This document shows, piece by piece, positions 47,768 through 57,301 of a DNA stretch of 64,000 nucleotides. The stretch covers positions 1 through 64,000 of the forward strand of contig JBMORA010000038.1 of assembly GCA_049320885.1 (NCBI GenBank), in the 5' to 3' direction. Below the pieces are notes generated by a model, which saw only the letters and a list, made by a program, of their open reading frames with translations, was not told the DNA's origin and did no database searches. The translations under genes were made by a program, and so were the position numbers. Within the stretch, counting starts at the first letter, position 1. Each line of letters begins with the position of its first letter. The stretch comes from Thermodesulfobacteriota bacterium. Its GTDB lineage: Bacteria > Desulfobacterota > Desulfobacteria > Desulfobacterales > SURF-7.

Positions 47768-48792
47768 TACCTCCTGTCCGGGTTGGAAGGTTGGGATGCA
47801 AGCGCTGGTTTTGGAATCTCTCCCAGGGCCATGCGCGCCAGATCGCCGATAAAGACAATCGGCAGCTGCCGGGTCGCCGCCGCTCCCGCCAGGGTGTGCA
47901 TGCACATGGGGCAGAGGGCCGCAAGGGCCTGGGCCCCGGCATTGACGGCGTCTTGGATGTTTTTTTCCTGGTCCGGCGCCGGATCCCCTTGTCCCATCAG
48001 GAATTTCGCGCCGGCGCAGCACAGGGCGTTTTCCCGATCATACGTCCGGGCCACCCGTGTCACGCCGACCAGTCGGAACAGTTCGTCGATGAAGGCTTCT
48101 TTTTCCGGTGTATGGCGGGAGGCGCAGGGCCGCTGGTAGGCCACCCGTATATCCAGGGGCTTCAGCCGCCGGGTCTGGGATTTCAGATAAGTCACCAGAT
48201 ATTCGCTCAGATGCACGGGCCGAAACGGAACAGGGATGCCGTATTCGGGGGCCAACTTGGCCAGCATGGCATAGCAGTCGTCGTGAAAGCAGACCACTTC
48301 CCTGGCGCCGGTTTGGGCCAGGCGGCGGACGAATTCGGCTGCATGGCGTCGCTGGACGCTTTCCGCCCCCATATGACTGAACAACACCCAGCAGAAGTAG
48401 GGTTTGCCGCCGATGCGTGGCAGCTCGTACAGCTCCCCCTGGATCAGGTGGCCGTCGCTTTTACCGAAAACGCAGGTGGTCATGATCCGGTCCACCTTCG
48501 GGATGGGATTCAGGTCGCCTTCAAAAACATAGCGCTGTTCCTGGGCTGCGATGCCGGCCCGGGCCACCACTTCATAGGTTTCCTGTAAGGCGGCGATGAG
48601 ATCGAACGGATTGGCCCCTTGGGGACAGCGCTCGTTGCAGGCATAACAAGTGATGCAGCGATCCACGGCGGGCGTGCGCTCGCCGTTCATCATGGCCTTG
48701 AACCAATTTTCCGCCTCGTCCTGCCGGACATTCATCCACTGGCAGGTGGTCAGGCAGATACCGCAACCATCACAGCGATCCGGATGAAACAT
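47767..48792 (-). CDS. Fe-S oxidoreductase with 4Fe-4S and CCG-like domains (HdrD/GlpC-like)
   Basis: CDGCGICLTTC, CITCYACNERCP, YQRPC, CCAG, CPMC. Confidence 0.82.
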   Translation of the reverse strand: MFHPDRCDGCGICLTTCQWMNVRQDEAENWFKAMMNGERTPAVDRCITCYACNERCPQGANPFDLIAALQETYEVVARAGIAAQEQRYVFEGDLNPIPKVDRIMTTCVFGKSDGHLIQGELYELPRIGGKPYFCWVLFSHMGAESVQRRHAAEFVRRLAQTGAREVVCFHDDCYAMLAKLAPEYGIPVPFRPVHLSEYLVTYLKSQTRRLKPLDIRVAYQRPCASRHTPEKEAFIDELFRLVGVTRVARTYDRENALCCAGAKFLMGQGDPAPDQEKNIQDAVNAGAQALAALCPMCMHTLAGAAATRQLPIVFIGDLARMALGEIPKPALASQPSNPDRR

Positions 48793-48883
48793 GCTGAAAC
48801 CTCCTTCTGTTGAGCGGGGGGGATTTTCTTCCCGCTATAGCGAAAAACAGGCGCTTGAAAGAAAGGCATAGGTCTCTTATCCA

Positions 48884-49603
48884 TCAGTCGCCCTGCCGCG
48901 GGAAAAAAAGGGCGCGCATCCAGCCGCGGAGCGTATTGCCGGTGAGCATGGCCCGGTCCAGTTCGTCGATTTGACGGTTCAGGGATTCGGGGTCGGAAAA
49001 AAAATGTTCGCGGGTGACAAATTTTTCCCGGGTATCCAGGTCCTTGACCACCCGGGCGGGATTCCCGGCAGCCACCGTATTCGGCGGAATGTCGCCGACC
49101 ACGACGGCGCCGGCGCCGATGATGCTGTTGCGGCCGATGGTGACGCCTTTACAGACGATGGCGCTGTCCCCGACCCAGACATTTTCCTCCAGGGTCACCG
49201 GTTCGTTGTTGCCGGGCTCGATGCGGTTGTAAATTCCGTGCCAATCGGCGTCGGTGATATACACATTGCCGGCGAGCATGCAATTGTCGCCGATGGTGAT
49301 CTGGCGGGCCGCGCCGATGCGCACTCCCGGACAGATCAGGCAGTAGTCGCCGATCCGGATCCCGGGGATGTCTTCCGTTTCCGACCAGATGGACAACCGC
49401 ACCTTGTGTTCCGGAGTGGTGATGATGTTGGCGAATTTTCCGATCCGGATGGGGGAACCGAAAAGGATCAAATTCCAGGGCTGCAGCACCGTGAATCCAT
49501 CCCCGAGGTATTCCAGCTGGGGCCGGATGAACCGCCGCACATAAAACGACTGAAAGCGCAGATACGTTTTCTTCAGAAAATACGGTCGATGATCATGTCT
49601 CAA
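48884..49603 (-). CDS. Hexapeptide-repeat (left-handed beta-helix) acyltransferase
   Basis: IGDYCLI, IGDNCML, DADWH, VWVG...GVTIGRNSIIGAGAVV, GNPARV. Probable TTG start. Confidence 0.85.
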   Translation of the reverse strand: MRHDHRPYFLKKTYLRFQSFYVRRFIRPQLEYLGDGFTVLQPWNLILFGSPIRIGKFANIITTPEHKVRLSIWSETEDIPGIRIGDYCLICPGVRIGAARQITIGDNCMLAGNVYITDADWHGIYNRIEPGNNEPVTLEENVWVGDSAIVCKGVTIGRNSIIGAGAVVVGDIPPNTVAAGNPARVVKDLDTREKFVTREHFFSDPESLNRQIDELDRAMLTGNTLRGWMRALFFPRQGD

Positions 49604-49634
49604 CGGCAACCGGCCTTTCCGCCATTTTCGGCGG

Positions 49635-50690
49635 TCATGACGACTCCACTCCGGACAGAGCGCGCGAACCGCTCCAGAATTCATGCCGGAACAGTCCGGC
49701 AGCCGGAGTCAAATGATACAGGGCATCCGCCGCCATCAGGACAACCGCGTTGGTCCAGGTGATTTTGTCTTCCGGCCAGATGACCATGTCCGGGAAGGTG
49801 AAGCCGCACCAGCAGGAACCGTCTTCATAACATTTGTCCTGGATCCAGCTGAAGACAATTCCCGCCAGACGGTGATTCCCCATGGCCGAAAGGGCCAAGA
49901 CGAATTCCGAGGTTTCGGCGATGGTGATCCATGGCTGGTCTGAAACGCAACGAACCCCCAGGCCGTCGACCACGAATTTCTTCCAGTATTTGTCAATGCG
50001 CCTCTGGGCCTGATCGCCGGTAAGCGCTCCGCAGAGGATGGGATAAAACCAGTCCATGGAGAAGCGGGACTTGGTGACGTTGAACAAATGGGGCCGACAG
50101 CGGATGGCCTCGCCCAGCCGGCTCAAGGCCGATTCCCAGGACGGCATGGGCACTTGCAGGAGGTCGGCAAGCGCCAACGCGCATTTGAGGCTCATGTAGA
50201 TCGAACTGGAGCCGGTGAGCAGGGCCATGGGATCCACGACTCCCGCCGGGCTGGTGGCCCAATAAATTTCCCCGCTGGGGGCTTGCAGGCCGACGGCATG
50301 GTCCACGGCTTTGCGGACGGTGGGCCAGAGTTGCCGCACAAACAGGAGATCACCGGTGATCAGATAATGATGATAGACACCCACGGCGATATAGGCCGTA
50401 AGATTGGTGTCAACGGTCTTGTCTTCCGGTTTTCCGTTTTTAAAGGAAGAGTACCAGCCGCCGTTTTCGAGCTGGTTGTTCACCAGCCATTGAAATCCGA
50501 GCCTTGCCTGGTCAACATACCCACCGATGGTCAGGCCCATGATGGATTCCACATGATCCCAGGGGTCGGTTTTGTCTCCCCGAAACCAGGGTATTTCTCC
50601 ATTATCGAGTTGGGTTTTCGCGATCAAGTTCGCCACCGAATCGACATCGAGCGATAGGCTCTGCGGGCTCTGAGATATTTTGACATCCAT
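49635..50690 (-). CDS. Prenyltransferase/squalene-oxidase-repeat (alpha/alpha toroid) protein
   Basis: QLDNGEIPW, DPWDHVE, WLVNNQLENGGW, RFSMDWFYP, TWTNA. Confidence 0.75.
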   Translation of the reverse strand: MDVKISQSPQSLSLDVDSVANLIAKTQLDNGEIPWFRGDKTDPWDHVESIMGLTIGGYVDQARLGFQWLVNNQLENGGWYSSFKNGKPEDKTVDTNLTAYIAVGVYHHYLITGDLLFVRQLWPTVRKAVDHAVGLQAPSGEIYWATSPAGVVDPMALLTGSSSIYMSLKCALALADLLQVPMPSWESALSRLGEAIRCRPHLFNVTKSRFSMDWFYPILCGALTGDQAQRRIDKYWKKFVVDGLGVRCVSDQPWITIAETSEFVLALSAMGNHRLAGIVFSWIQDKCYEDGSCWCGFTFPDMVIWPEDKITWTNAVVLMAADALYHLTPAAGLFRHEFWSGSRALSGVESS

Positions 50691-50862
50691 TTCCTGCTAC
50701 CTTTCCATGCATTACACGCCGGACGACAGACGATACATCAACACGAAGCTTATAAGGCCATCCTCTTTATCAAATTTGTCGGATCTTGGCAAGAGGGTGT
50801 AAATCGAGTTCGAAAAGTGAATATTCTATCTAAAAATTCATCCAGCTTGTCCGGCCTGTCAA

Positions 50863-51057
50863 TGAATGAATATTCAGCCTTCGGGGAATTGGCTTCGCCG
50901 GGTCGGAAAAATCCATCCGGCGTCGCTGCCGAAGCGGCTGTTTTTATAAAAGTGATACTTTATCAATAGGTTGACGGGTGTCATTGCCAATGTTTTGAGA
51001 GAATTGGATTTTTCTTGACTATAAATAGGCTCTCTGTTAACAATGAACGCTCATTCA
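50863..51057. promoter_or_regulatory. Two TGAAYG-N2-YATTCA palindromes and a sigma70 promoter upstream of the beta-oxidation genes
   Basis: TGAATGAATATTCA (50863-50876) and TGAACGCTCATTCA (51044-51057). TTGACT at 51015-51020 and TAACAAT at 51038-51044. Confidence 0.55.
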
Positions 51058-51106
51058 TCTATGATTCTAAATTGTGTTTTTCACTAATCATATACAGGAG
51101 GAGATT

Positions 51107-53512
51107 ATGGCTAGGAAGATCAGAAAGGCAGCGGTAATCGGTTCTGGAATCATGGGCGGCGGCATCGCCGCACTGTTGGCCGGAGCCGGGGTGCCGACAT
51201 TGTTGCTCGACATTGTTCCCTTTGATTTGAAGGAAGAAGAAAAAAAGGATCCCAAGGCCAGAAACCGCATCGTCACCGCCGGACTGGAAAATGCCCAGAA
51301 GGCCAAGCCGGCGCTGTTTTTTGACAAAAAGGATGCGGCCCTGATCCAGACCGGCAACCTGGAAGATGATTTCCACAAGCTGGCCGAGTGCGACTGGATT
51401 TGCGAAGTCGTTGTTGAAAACCTGAAAATCAAACAGGCCTTGTTCAAACGCATCGAGGGAATCCGTAAGCCGGACACCATCGTGTCTTCCAACACCTCCG
51501 GCATTCCGCTGAAAGACATGTCCGAAGGTCTTTCCAAGGAATTCAAACAGCATTTCCTGGGCACCCATTTCTTCAACCCGGTGCGCTACATGCATCTGCT
51601 GGAAATCATTCCGGGACAGGAAACCCTGCCCGAAATCCTCAAGTTCATGGCCGATTTCGGTGAAAGAACCCTTGGCAAAGGCATTGTCTGGGCCAAGGAC
51701 ACCCCCAACTTCATCGGCAACCGCATCGGCATCCACGGCATCGGCAAGGCCATGCAGGTCATGCTGGAAGACGGTCTGACCATTCCGGAAGTCGACGCCC
51801 TGTTCGGAGTACCCATGGGCCGGCCCAAGACCGCCATTTTCAAGACCTCGGACCTGGTGGGCCTGGACACCATGAAACATGTCACCGACAACACTTATCA
51901 ACTCTGCACCGCGGACGAGGAACGCAATACCTTCATCGTGCCTGAATTCGTCAAAAAGATGGTGGAGAACAAACAGCTCGGCGACAAGACCAAAGCCGGT
52001 TTCTATAAGACGGACCTGACGCCGGAATGGAAAAAAATCCGCAAGGTCGTCAATCCCAAGACCGGCGAATACGAAGAATACGCCAAAGTGGAATTTCCCT
52101 GCCTGGAAGCGTCCAAGAACGCCAAAACCCTGGCCGACAAAGTGAAGGCCGTGGTATACGGCGACGACAAGGGCGCCAAATACGCCTGGAAGGTGGCCGC
52201 CGCCGGTTTCATTTATGCCGCCAACCGCATCCCCGAGATTTCCGACACCATCGTGGAAATCGACAATGCCATGAAATGGGGCTACAATTTTGAAATGGGC
52301 CCCTTTGAGACCTGGGACGCCATCGGCGTGAAAGAGTCCGTGGCCAAAATGGAAAAAGACGGTATGACCGTGCCGGAAAAAGTCAAGAAGATGCTGGCCG
52401 CCGGCAACGCCACTTTCTACAAGCTGGAAAACGGCAAGAAAATGTTTTTCGATTTCGCCTCCGGCAGCTACAAGCCCATTCAGACCAGTGAAAAATGCCT
52501 GGTCCTGGAAAACTTCAAGGCCCAGAAGAAGGTCGTGCTGTCCAATCCCTCCTGCTCGCTCATCGACATCGGCGACGGCGTATTTAACCTCGAATTCCAC
52601 TCCAAGATGAACGCCATCAACAAGGATATGGTGGATTTCATGATGGAAGCCGGCGAATATGTCCTGAACCACGGTGTCGGCATGGTCATCGGCAACCAGG
52701 CTCCCGGTATGCCCGGCGCCTTCTCCGCCGGCGGGGATCTGGCCTTCATGCTCGGACTGGCCAGGGCCGGGAAGTTCGATGAAATCGACGCCTTCATCAA
52801 GAATGTCCACAAAGGCATCATGGGCACCCGTTATGCCCCCTATCCCGTCGTGGCGGCGCCTTTCGGCATGACCCTGGGCGGCGGCTGTGAAGTCTGCCTG
52901 TCCGCCGACCGCATCGTGGCCCACACGGAACTGTTCATGGGCCTGGTGGAAATCGGCGCCGGTCTGGTCCCCGGCGGCTGCGGCATGATCAACCTGTGGC
53001 GGAAATTCATGGATTCAGTGCCCGAATGCGCCAAGGTGACGGATCTGGGCGCCTTCTTTATCCCGGCCTTCATGAACGTGGCCCAGGCGAAGGTTTCCAT
53101 GTCCGCAGCCCAGGCCCGCAAGAACGGTTTCCTGGGTCCCCAGGACCGCATTGTCTTCAACAAGGATCTGCTCATCGGCGAAGCCAAAAAAGAAGTGCTG
53201 AAGATGCTGGATGACGGCTATGCACCGCCCCGGAAAAACAAGATCCCGGTCTTCGGACGGGAAGCGCACGGAATGCTGTGGTCTGAAATGCTCAACATGA
53301 AATCCGGCGGATTTATCACGCCGCATATGGAATTCATCGCCAAGAAAGCGGCTTACTGCATGTCCGGTGGTGATGTTCCCCAGGGAACCCTCGTGGACGA
53401 GGAATACCTGATGACCCTCGAACGGGAAGCCTTCGTGGAATTGTGGAAAACGGAGAACACCCAGAAGATGGCCGAGCACATCATGAACACCGGCAAACCC
53501 TTAATGCTGTAA
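51107..53512 (+). CDS. fadN: 3-hydroxyacyl-CoA dehydrogenase/enoyl-CoA hydratase fusion (FadN-type)
   Basis: VIGSGIMGGG, EVVVENLKIK, SNTSGI, HFFNPVRYM, AFSAGGDL, LGGGCE. Confidence 0.9.
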   Translation: MARKIRKAAVIGSGIMGGGIAALLAGAGVPTLLLDIVPFDLKEEEKKDPKARNRIVTAGLENAQKAKPALFFDKKDAALIQTGNLEDDFHKLAECDWICEVVVENLKIKQALFKRIEGIRKPDTIVSSNTSGIPLKDMSEGLSKEFKQHFLGTHFFNPVRYMHLLEIIPGQETLPEILKFMADFGERTLGKGIVWAKDTPNFIGNRIGIHGIGKAMQVMLEDGLTIPEVDALFGVPMGRPKTAIFKTSDLVGLDTMKHVTDNTYQLCTADEERNTFIVPEFVKKMVENKQLGDKTKAGFYKTDLTPEWKKIRKVVNPKTGEYEEYAKVEFPCLEASKNAKTLADKVKAVVYGDDKGAKYAWKVAAAGFIYAANRIPEISDTIVEIDNAMKWGYNFEMGPFETWDAIGVKESVAKMEKDGMTVPEKVKKMLAAGNATFYKLENGKKMFFDFASGSYKPIQTSEKCLVLENFKAQKKVVLSNPSCSLIDIGDGVFNLEFHSKMNAINKDMVDFMMEAGEYVLNHGVGMVIGNQAPGMPGAFSAGGDLAFMLGLARAGKFDEIDAFIKNVHKGIMGTRYAPYPVVAAPFGMTLGGGCEVCLSADRIVAHTELFMGLVEIGAGLVPGGCGMINLWRKFMDSVPECAKVTDLGAFFIPAFMNVAQAKVSMSAAQARKNGFLGPQDRIVFNKDLLIGEAKKEVLKMLDDGYAPPRKNKIPVFGREAHGMLWSEMLNMKSGGFITPHMEFIAKKAAYCMSGGDVPQGTLVDEEYLMTLEREAFVELWKTENTQKMAEHIMNTGKPLML

Positions 53513-53539
53513 GATAACCGTTTATAGGAGGAAAGACTC

Positions 53540-54745
53540 ATGACTGAAGCATATATTGTTACATCGCTGAGAACCCCCGGATGCAGAAGGGGGAAAGGGG
53601 CTTTTGCACAGACCCGGCCGGAAGACCTTCTCAAAGCCGTCTTGACCGCCGTGATCGAAAAGACCCCGGGTGTGGAAAAGAAGGATGTGGAAGACATTCT
53701 GATCGGTTGCGCCTTTCCGGAGGCGGAACAGGGACTGAATGTGGGGCGCATCGTGGCCCAGATGGCCGGGTTCCCGGATGATACCTGCGGCGCCGTGGTC
53801 AACCGTTTCTGTTCTTCCGGCCTGGAAGCCATCGCCCTGCAGGCCATGCGGATCAAGGCCGGCTGGTGTGACGTCGCCATCGGCGGGGGCCTGGAATCCA
53901 TGTCCATCGTTCCCATGGGCGGCAATATGCCGCGGCCTCATCCGGACTGGGCCAAGGAAAATCCGGATGTGTATATGTCCATGGGCGTCACGGCGGAAAA
54001 CGTGGCCAACCGGTATAAAATCACCCGGGCCATGCAGGATGAATTCGCTTTCCATTCCCAGGCCAAGGCCGGCAATGCCAAGGCCAAGGGGCTGTTCAAG
54101 GAGATTGTGCCCACCACCGCCACCAGATACGTGGAAAAGGACGGCCGTTGGGTCAAGGAAACCTTTGTTCAGAGTTTTGACGACGGCATCCGCGACACCA
54201 CCATGGAAGGGCTCACCAAACTGCGGCCGGTCTTCGCCGCCATGGGTTCCGTCACCGCCGGCAACTCCTCCCAGACCACCGACGGCGCCGCCGCCACCCT
54301 GATCATGAGCGAGGCGGCCGTGAAAAAGTTCGGTCTGAAACCCATCGCCAAGGTGAAATGCTACACCGTGGCCGGCTGCCGGGCGGATGAAATGGGCGTC
54401 GGTCCGGCTTACGCCATTCCCAAAGCACTGAAGATGGCCGGCCTGAAAGTGGAGGACATCGGCCTGTGGGAAGTCAACGAGGCCTTCGCCTCCCAGGCGA
54501 TCTACAGCATGCAGCAACTCGGTGTCTATGACAAAAAAGAGTTGTGGATGGCCGACAGCGACAAGCGCATCATCAATGTCAACGGCGGCGCCATTGCCCT
54601 GGGTCATCCCCTGGGATGCACCGGCGCCAAGCTCTGCGCCCAGTTGGTAAACGGCATGCGCGAACGCGGTGCCAAGTACGGCGTCGAGTCCATGTGTATC
54701 GGCGGCGGCATGGGCGCGGCGGCGATCTTCGAGCTCTGCGACTAA
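53540..54745 (+). CDS. fadA: Acetyl-CoA C-acyltransferase (thiolase)
   Basis: NRFCSSGL, NEAFA, GHPLGCTG, MCIGGGMG. Confidence 0.93.
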   Translation: MTEAYIVTSLRTPGCRRGKGAFAQTRPEDLLKAVLTAVIEKTPGVEKKDVEDILIGCAFPEAEQGLNVGRIVAQMAGFPDDTCGAVVNRFCSSGLEAIALQAMRIKAGWCDVAIGGGLESMSIVPMGGNMPRPHPDWAKENPDVYMSMGVTAENVANRYKITRAMQDEFAFHSQAKAGNAKAKGLFKEIVPTTATRYVEKDGRWVKETFVQSFDDGIRDTTMEGLTKLRPVFAAMGSVTAGNSSQTTDGAAATLIMSEAAVKKFGLKPIAKVKCYTVAGCRADEMGVGPAYAIPKALKMAGLKVEDIGLWEVNEAFASQAIYSMQQLGVYDKKELWMADSDKRIINVNGGAIALGHPLGCTGAKLCAQLVNGMRERGAKYGVESMCIGGGMGAAAIFELCD

Positions 54746-54790
54746 ACCGGAGTCCGGACAGGCAGCATCGTCCTTCCCGGTACTGAAATG

Positions 54791-54827
54791 AAAAGAGGGG
54801 ACGCCTTGGGGCGGCCCCTCTTTTTTT
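54791..54827 (+). terminator. Rho-independent terminator after the thiolase gene
   Basis: AAAAGAGGGGACGCC-TTGG-GGCGGCCCCTC followed by TTTTTTT. Confidence 0.85.
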
Positions 54828-54965
54828 GGGGAAAGCCAGGAACTCTTTCCTTCAGGCGCATCGAGGCTGGAAGTTTCTTCCACCACCGCCCCCGTTTTTT
54901 CTTGCGTTTCCCTTTGGCTTTGTGTCCAGCCGGGATGAAGGCCCACCTGTTTTATCTTCTGCAGC

Positions 54966-54994
54966 ATCTGCGTAAATCGGCGTAATCTGCGGAT
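54966..54994. repeat. Short internally repetitive ATCTGCG-type interspersed element
   Basis: ATCTGCGTAA-ATCGGCGTA-ATCTGCGGAT: three imperfect 9-10-nt units. Confidence 0.55.
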
Positions 54995-55179
54995 AGAAAA
55001 AAAGATACGGAAAGGCGGGATTTGATTTACATCCGATTTCCCGGGCGGCTGTGAAAAGCACGCTTTACAAAGCCCGGGCGGGTTTGGTACATATTGAGTC
55101 TCACCACACGGCGGCTGGAAGCCGCGGGATGGCTTCCCGGCCCGGGCGACATACCGATCATAACACAGGGAAGACGGCC

Positions 55180-57291
55180 ATGAGTGAGTTGCGAAACACG
55201 CGGACGACCATTTTGAACACCGGAACCCCGGCGGAAAAGCGGGAGGAGATCCGGGAGTATTTCCACCGGACCTACCGTATCGACGAGCAACTGTACGAGA
55301 CCCTGGCCACGGATGCGGCCTTTTACATCCGGGCCGAGCCCCTGAGGCATCCGCTGATTTTCTACCTGGGACATACGGCCGCCTTTTACGTCAACAAGCT
55401 GATCATCGCCAACATCATCGACCGGCGCGTCAACCCGCGCTTCGAGTCCATGTTCGCCGTGGGTGTGGATGAAATGTCCTGGGACGATCTCAACGAGGCC
55501 CATTATGATTGGCCCACGGTGGCGGAGGTCAAGGCCTACCGCAACGAGGTCCGGAACCTGGTGGACCGGGTGATCCGGGAGCTGCCCCTTTCCCTGCCCA
55601 TCACCTGGGACACTCCCTTCTGGGCCGTGATGATGGGCATCGAGCATCAGCGCATTCATCTGGAGACATCTTCGGTGATCATCCGGCGGGTGCCCATCGA
55701 AATGGTGCGGCAGCTGCCCCTCTGGGAGATCTGCCCGGAATCCGGAGAAGCGCCGGAGAATTGGCTGCTGCCCGTTCGGGGCGGAAAAGTGGCGCTGGGC
55801 AAGACCAAGGATCATCCGCTCTACGGCTGGGACAACGAATTCGGCCGGCATGAATCCGAGGTCTGGGATTTTTCGGCCGGCAAATATCTGGTCTCCAATC
55901 GGGAATACCTGGATTTCGTCCGGGACGACGGGTACCGGAAGCCGGAATTCTGGACCGAGGAGGGCCGGGACTGGGTGAAGTACTCCCGGGCGCGCCAGCC
56001 GCTGTTCTGGGTTGTTTCCGGCGACGACTACCGCCTGCGCACCATGGCGAGCATCATCCCCATGCCCTGGGACTGGCCAGTGGAAGTCAATTACCTGGAG
56101 GCCAAGGCCTTCTGCAACTGGCTCGGCCGGCGGACCGGCGGAAACCTGCGGCTGCCCACCGAGGACGAATGGTATCGCCTGCGGGATCTGCACGGGATTC
56201 CGGATCAGCCTTACTGGGCCAAGGCGCCGGGCAACATCAACCTGGAGCACTGGGCTTCCTCCTGCCCGGTCACCCGCTTCCCGTTCGGTGAGTTCTTCGA
56301 TCTTATCGGCAATGTCTGGCAGTGGACCGAAACCCCCATCACCGGTTTCGAAGGTTTTTCGGTTCATCCCTTTTACGATGATTTTTCCACCCCGACCTTC
56401 GACACCCGGCACAACCTGATCAAGGGCGGCTCCTGGATTTCCACCGGCAACGAGGCCACCCGGGATGCCCGCTATGCCTTCCGGCGGCATTTTTTCCAGC
56501 ACGCCGGCTTTCGCTATGTGGCTTCGGAGCAGAAGGTGGTGCTGCCGGAGGCCATGTATGAAACCGACCAGGCCGTTTCCCAGTACTGCGAATTCCATTA
56601 CGGCGACACGTATTTCGGCGTGGACAATTTTCCGGCGGCCTGCGCCCGGTACTGTCTTGAACTGATGGAGGGGCGGCCCAGAAAACGCGCCCTGGATCTC
56701 GGCTGCGCCGTGGGCCGGGCCGGTTTTGAGTTGGCCCGGGAATTCGAGTTCGTCAACGGGTTGGATTTTTCGGCCCGTTTCATCCGTATCGCCTTCCAGC
56801 TCCAGGAAAAAGGCGTCACGCATTACGAGCTGGTGGAAGAAGGTGACATCGTCTCTTATCATGAAAAACGGTTGGCGGATTTCGGTCTTACGGCGGCGGC
56901 GGGGCGGATCGAGTTCTATCAGGCCGACGCCGCCAACCTGAAACCCCGCTATGCGGAGTATGACCTGATCCTGGCCGCCAATCTGATCGACCGGTTGTCC
57001 GATCCGCCGAAATTCCTATCGTCCATTCATGAGCGGCTCCATCCGGGGGGCCTGCTGGTGATCGCCTCGCCCTATACCTGGATGACGGAATTCACGCCCA
57101 AGGACAAATGGATCGGCGGCATCCGCAAAAGCGGAGAACCCTTCACGACATTGGAGGGATTGCGGGAATATCTTGGGCCCCATTTCCGGATGACGGGGGA
57201 GCCCCGGGACATCGAATTCGTGCTGCGGGAAACCCGGCGGAAATTTCAGCATTCGGTCAGTCAGGTGACGGCCTGGGAGCGGGTGCGGTGA
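55180..57291 (+). CDS. ovoA: 5-histidylcysteine sulfoxide synthase/methyltransferase OvoA
   Basis: DinB-like RHPLIFYLGHTA, GVDEMSWDD, EHQRIHLE (HxxxHxE). FGE-like RLPTEDEW, GNVWQW, HPFYDDFS, RRHFFQHAGFR. Methyltransferase LDLGCAVGR. Confidence 0.9.
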   Translation: MSELRNTRTTILNTGTPAEKREEIREYFHRTYRIDEQLYETLATDAAFYIRAEPLRHPLIFYLGHTAAFYVNKLIIANIIDRRVNPRFESMFAVGVDEMSWDDLNEAHYDWPTVAEVKAYRNEVRNLVDRVIRELPLSLPITWDTPFWAVMMGIEHQRIHLETSSVIIRRVPIEMVRQLPLWEICPESGEAPENWLLPVRGGKVALGKTKDHPLYGWDNEFGRHESEVWDFSAGKYLVSNREYLDFVRDDGYRKPEFWTEEGRDWVKYSRARQPLFWVVSGDDYRLRTMASIIPMPWDWPVEVNYLEAKAFCNWLGRRTGGNLRLPTEDEWYRLRDLHGIPDQPYWAKAPGNINLEHWASSCPVTRFPFGEFFDLIGNVWQWTETPITGFEGFSVHPFYDDFSTPTFDTRHNLIKGGSWISTGNEATRDARYAFRRHFFQHAGFRYVASEQKVVLPEAMYETDQAVSQYCEFHYGDTYFGVDNFPAACARYCLELMEGRPRKRALDLGCAVGRAGFELAREFEFVNGLDFSARFIRIAFQLQEKGVTHYELVEEGDIVSYHEKRLADFGLTAAAGRIEFYQADAANLKPRYAEYDLILAANLIDRLSDPPKFLSSIHERLHPGGLLVIASPYTWMTEFTPKDKWIGGIRKSGEPFTTLEGLREYLGPHFRMTGEPRDIEFVLRETRRKFQHSVSQVTAWERVR

Positions 57292-57301
57292 TTCCCGATG
57301 G

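Noticed and set aside
51059..52924. 621-aa minus-strand ORF
   Set aside because: Antisense shadow of fadN with no motifs. Long shadow ORFs are expected at this GC content and codon bias.
55027..56862. 611-aa minus-strand ORF
   Set aside because: Antisense shadow of ovoA.
55180..57291. OvoA as a selenometabolite (selenoneine/ovoselenol) synthase
   Set aside because: No selD or senB-like gene is adjacent, and the architecture is canonical OvoA with a fused methyltransferase.
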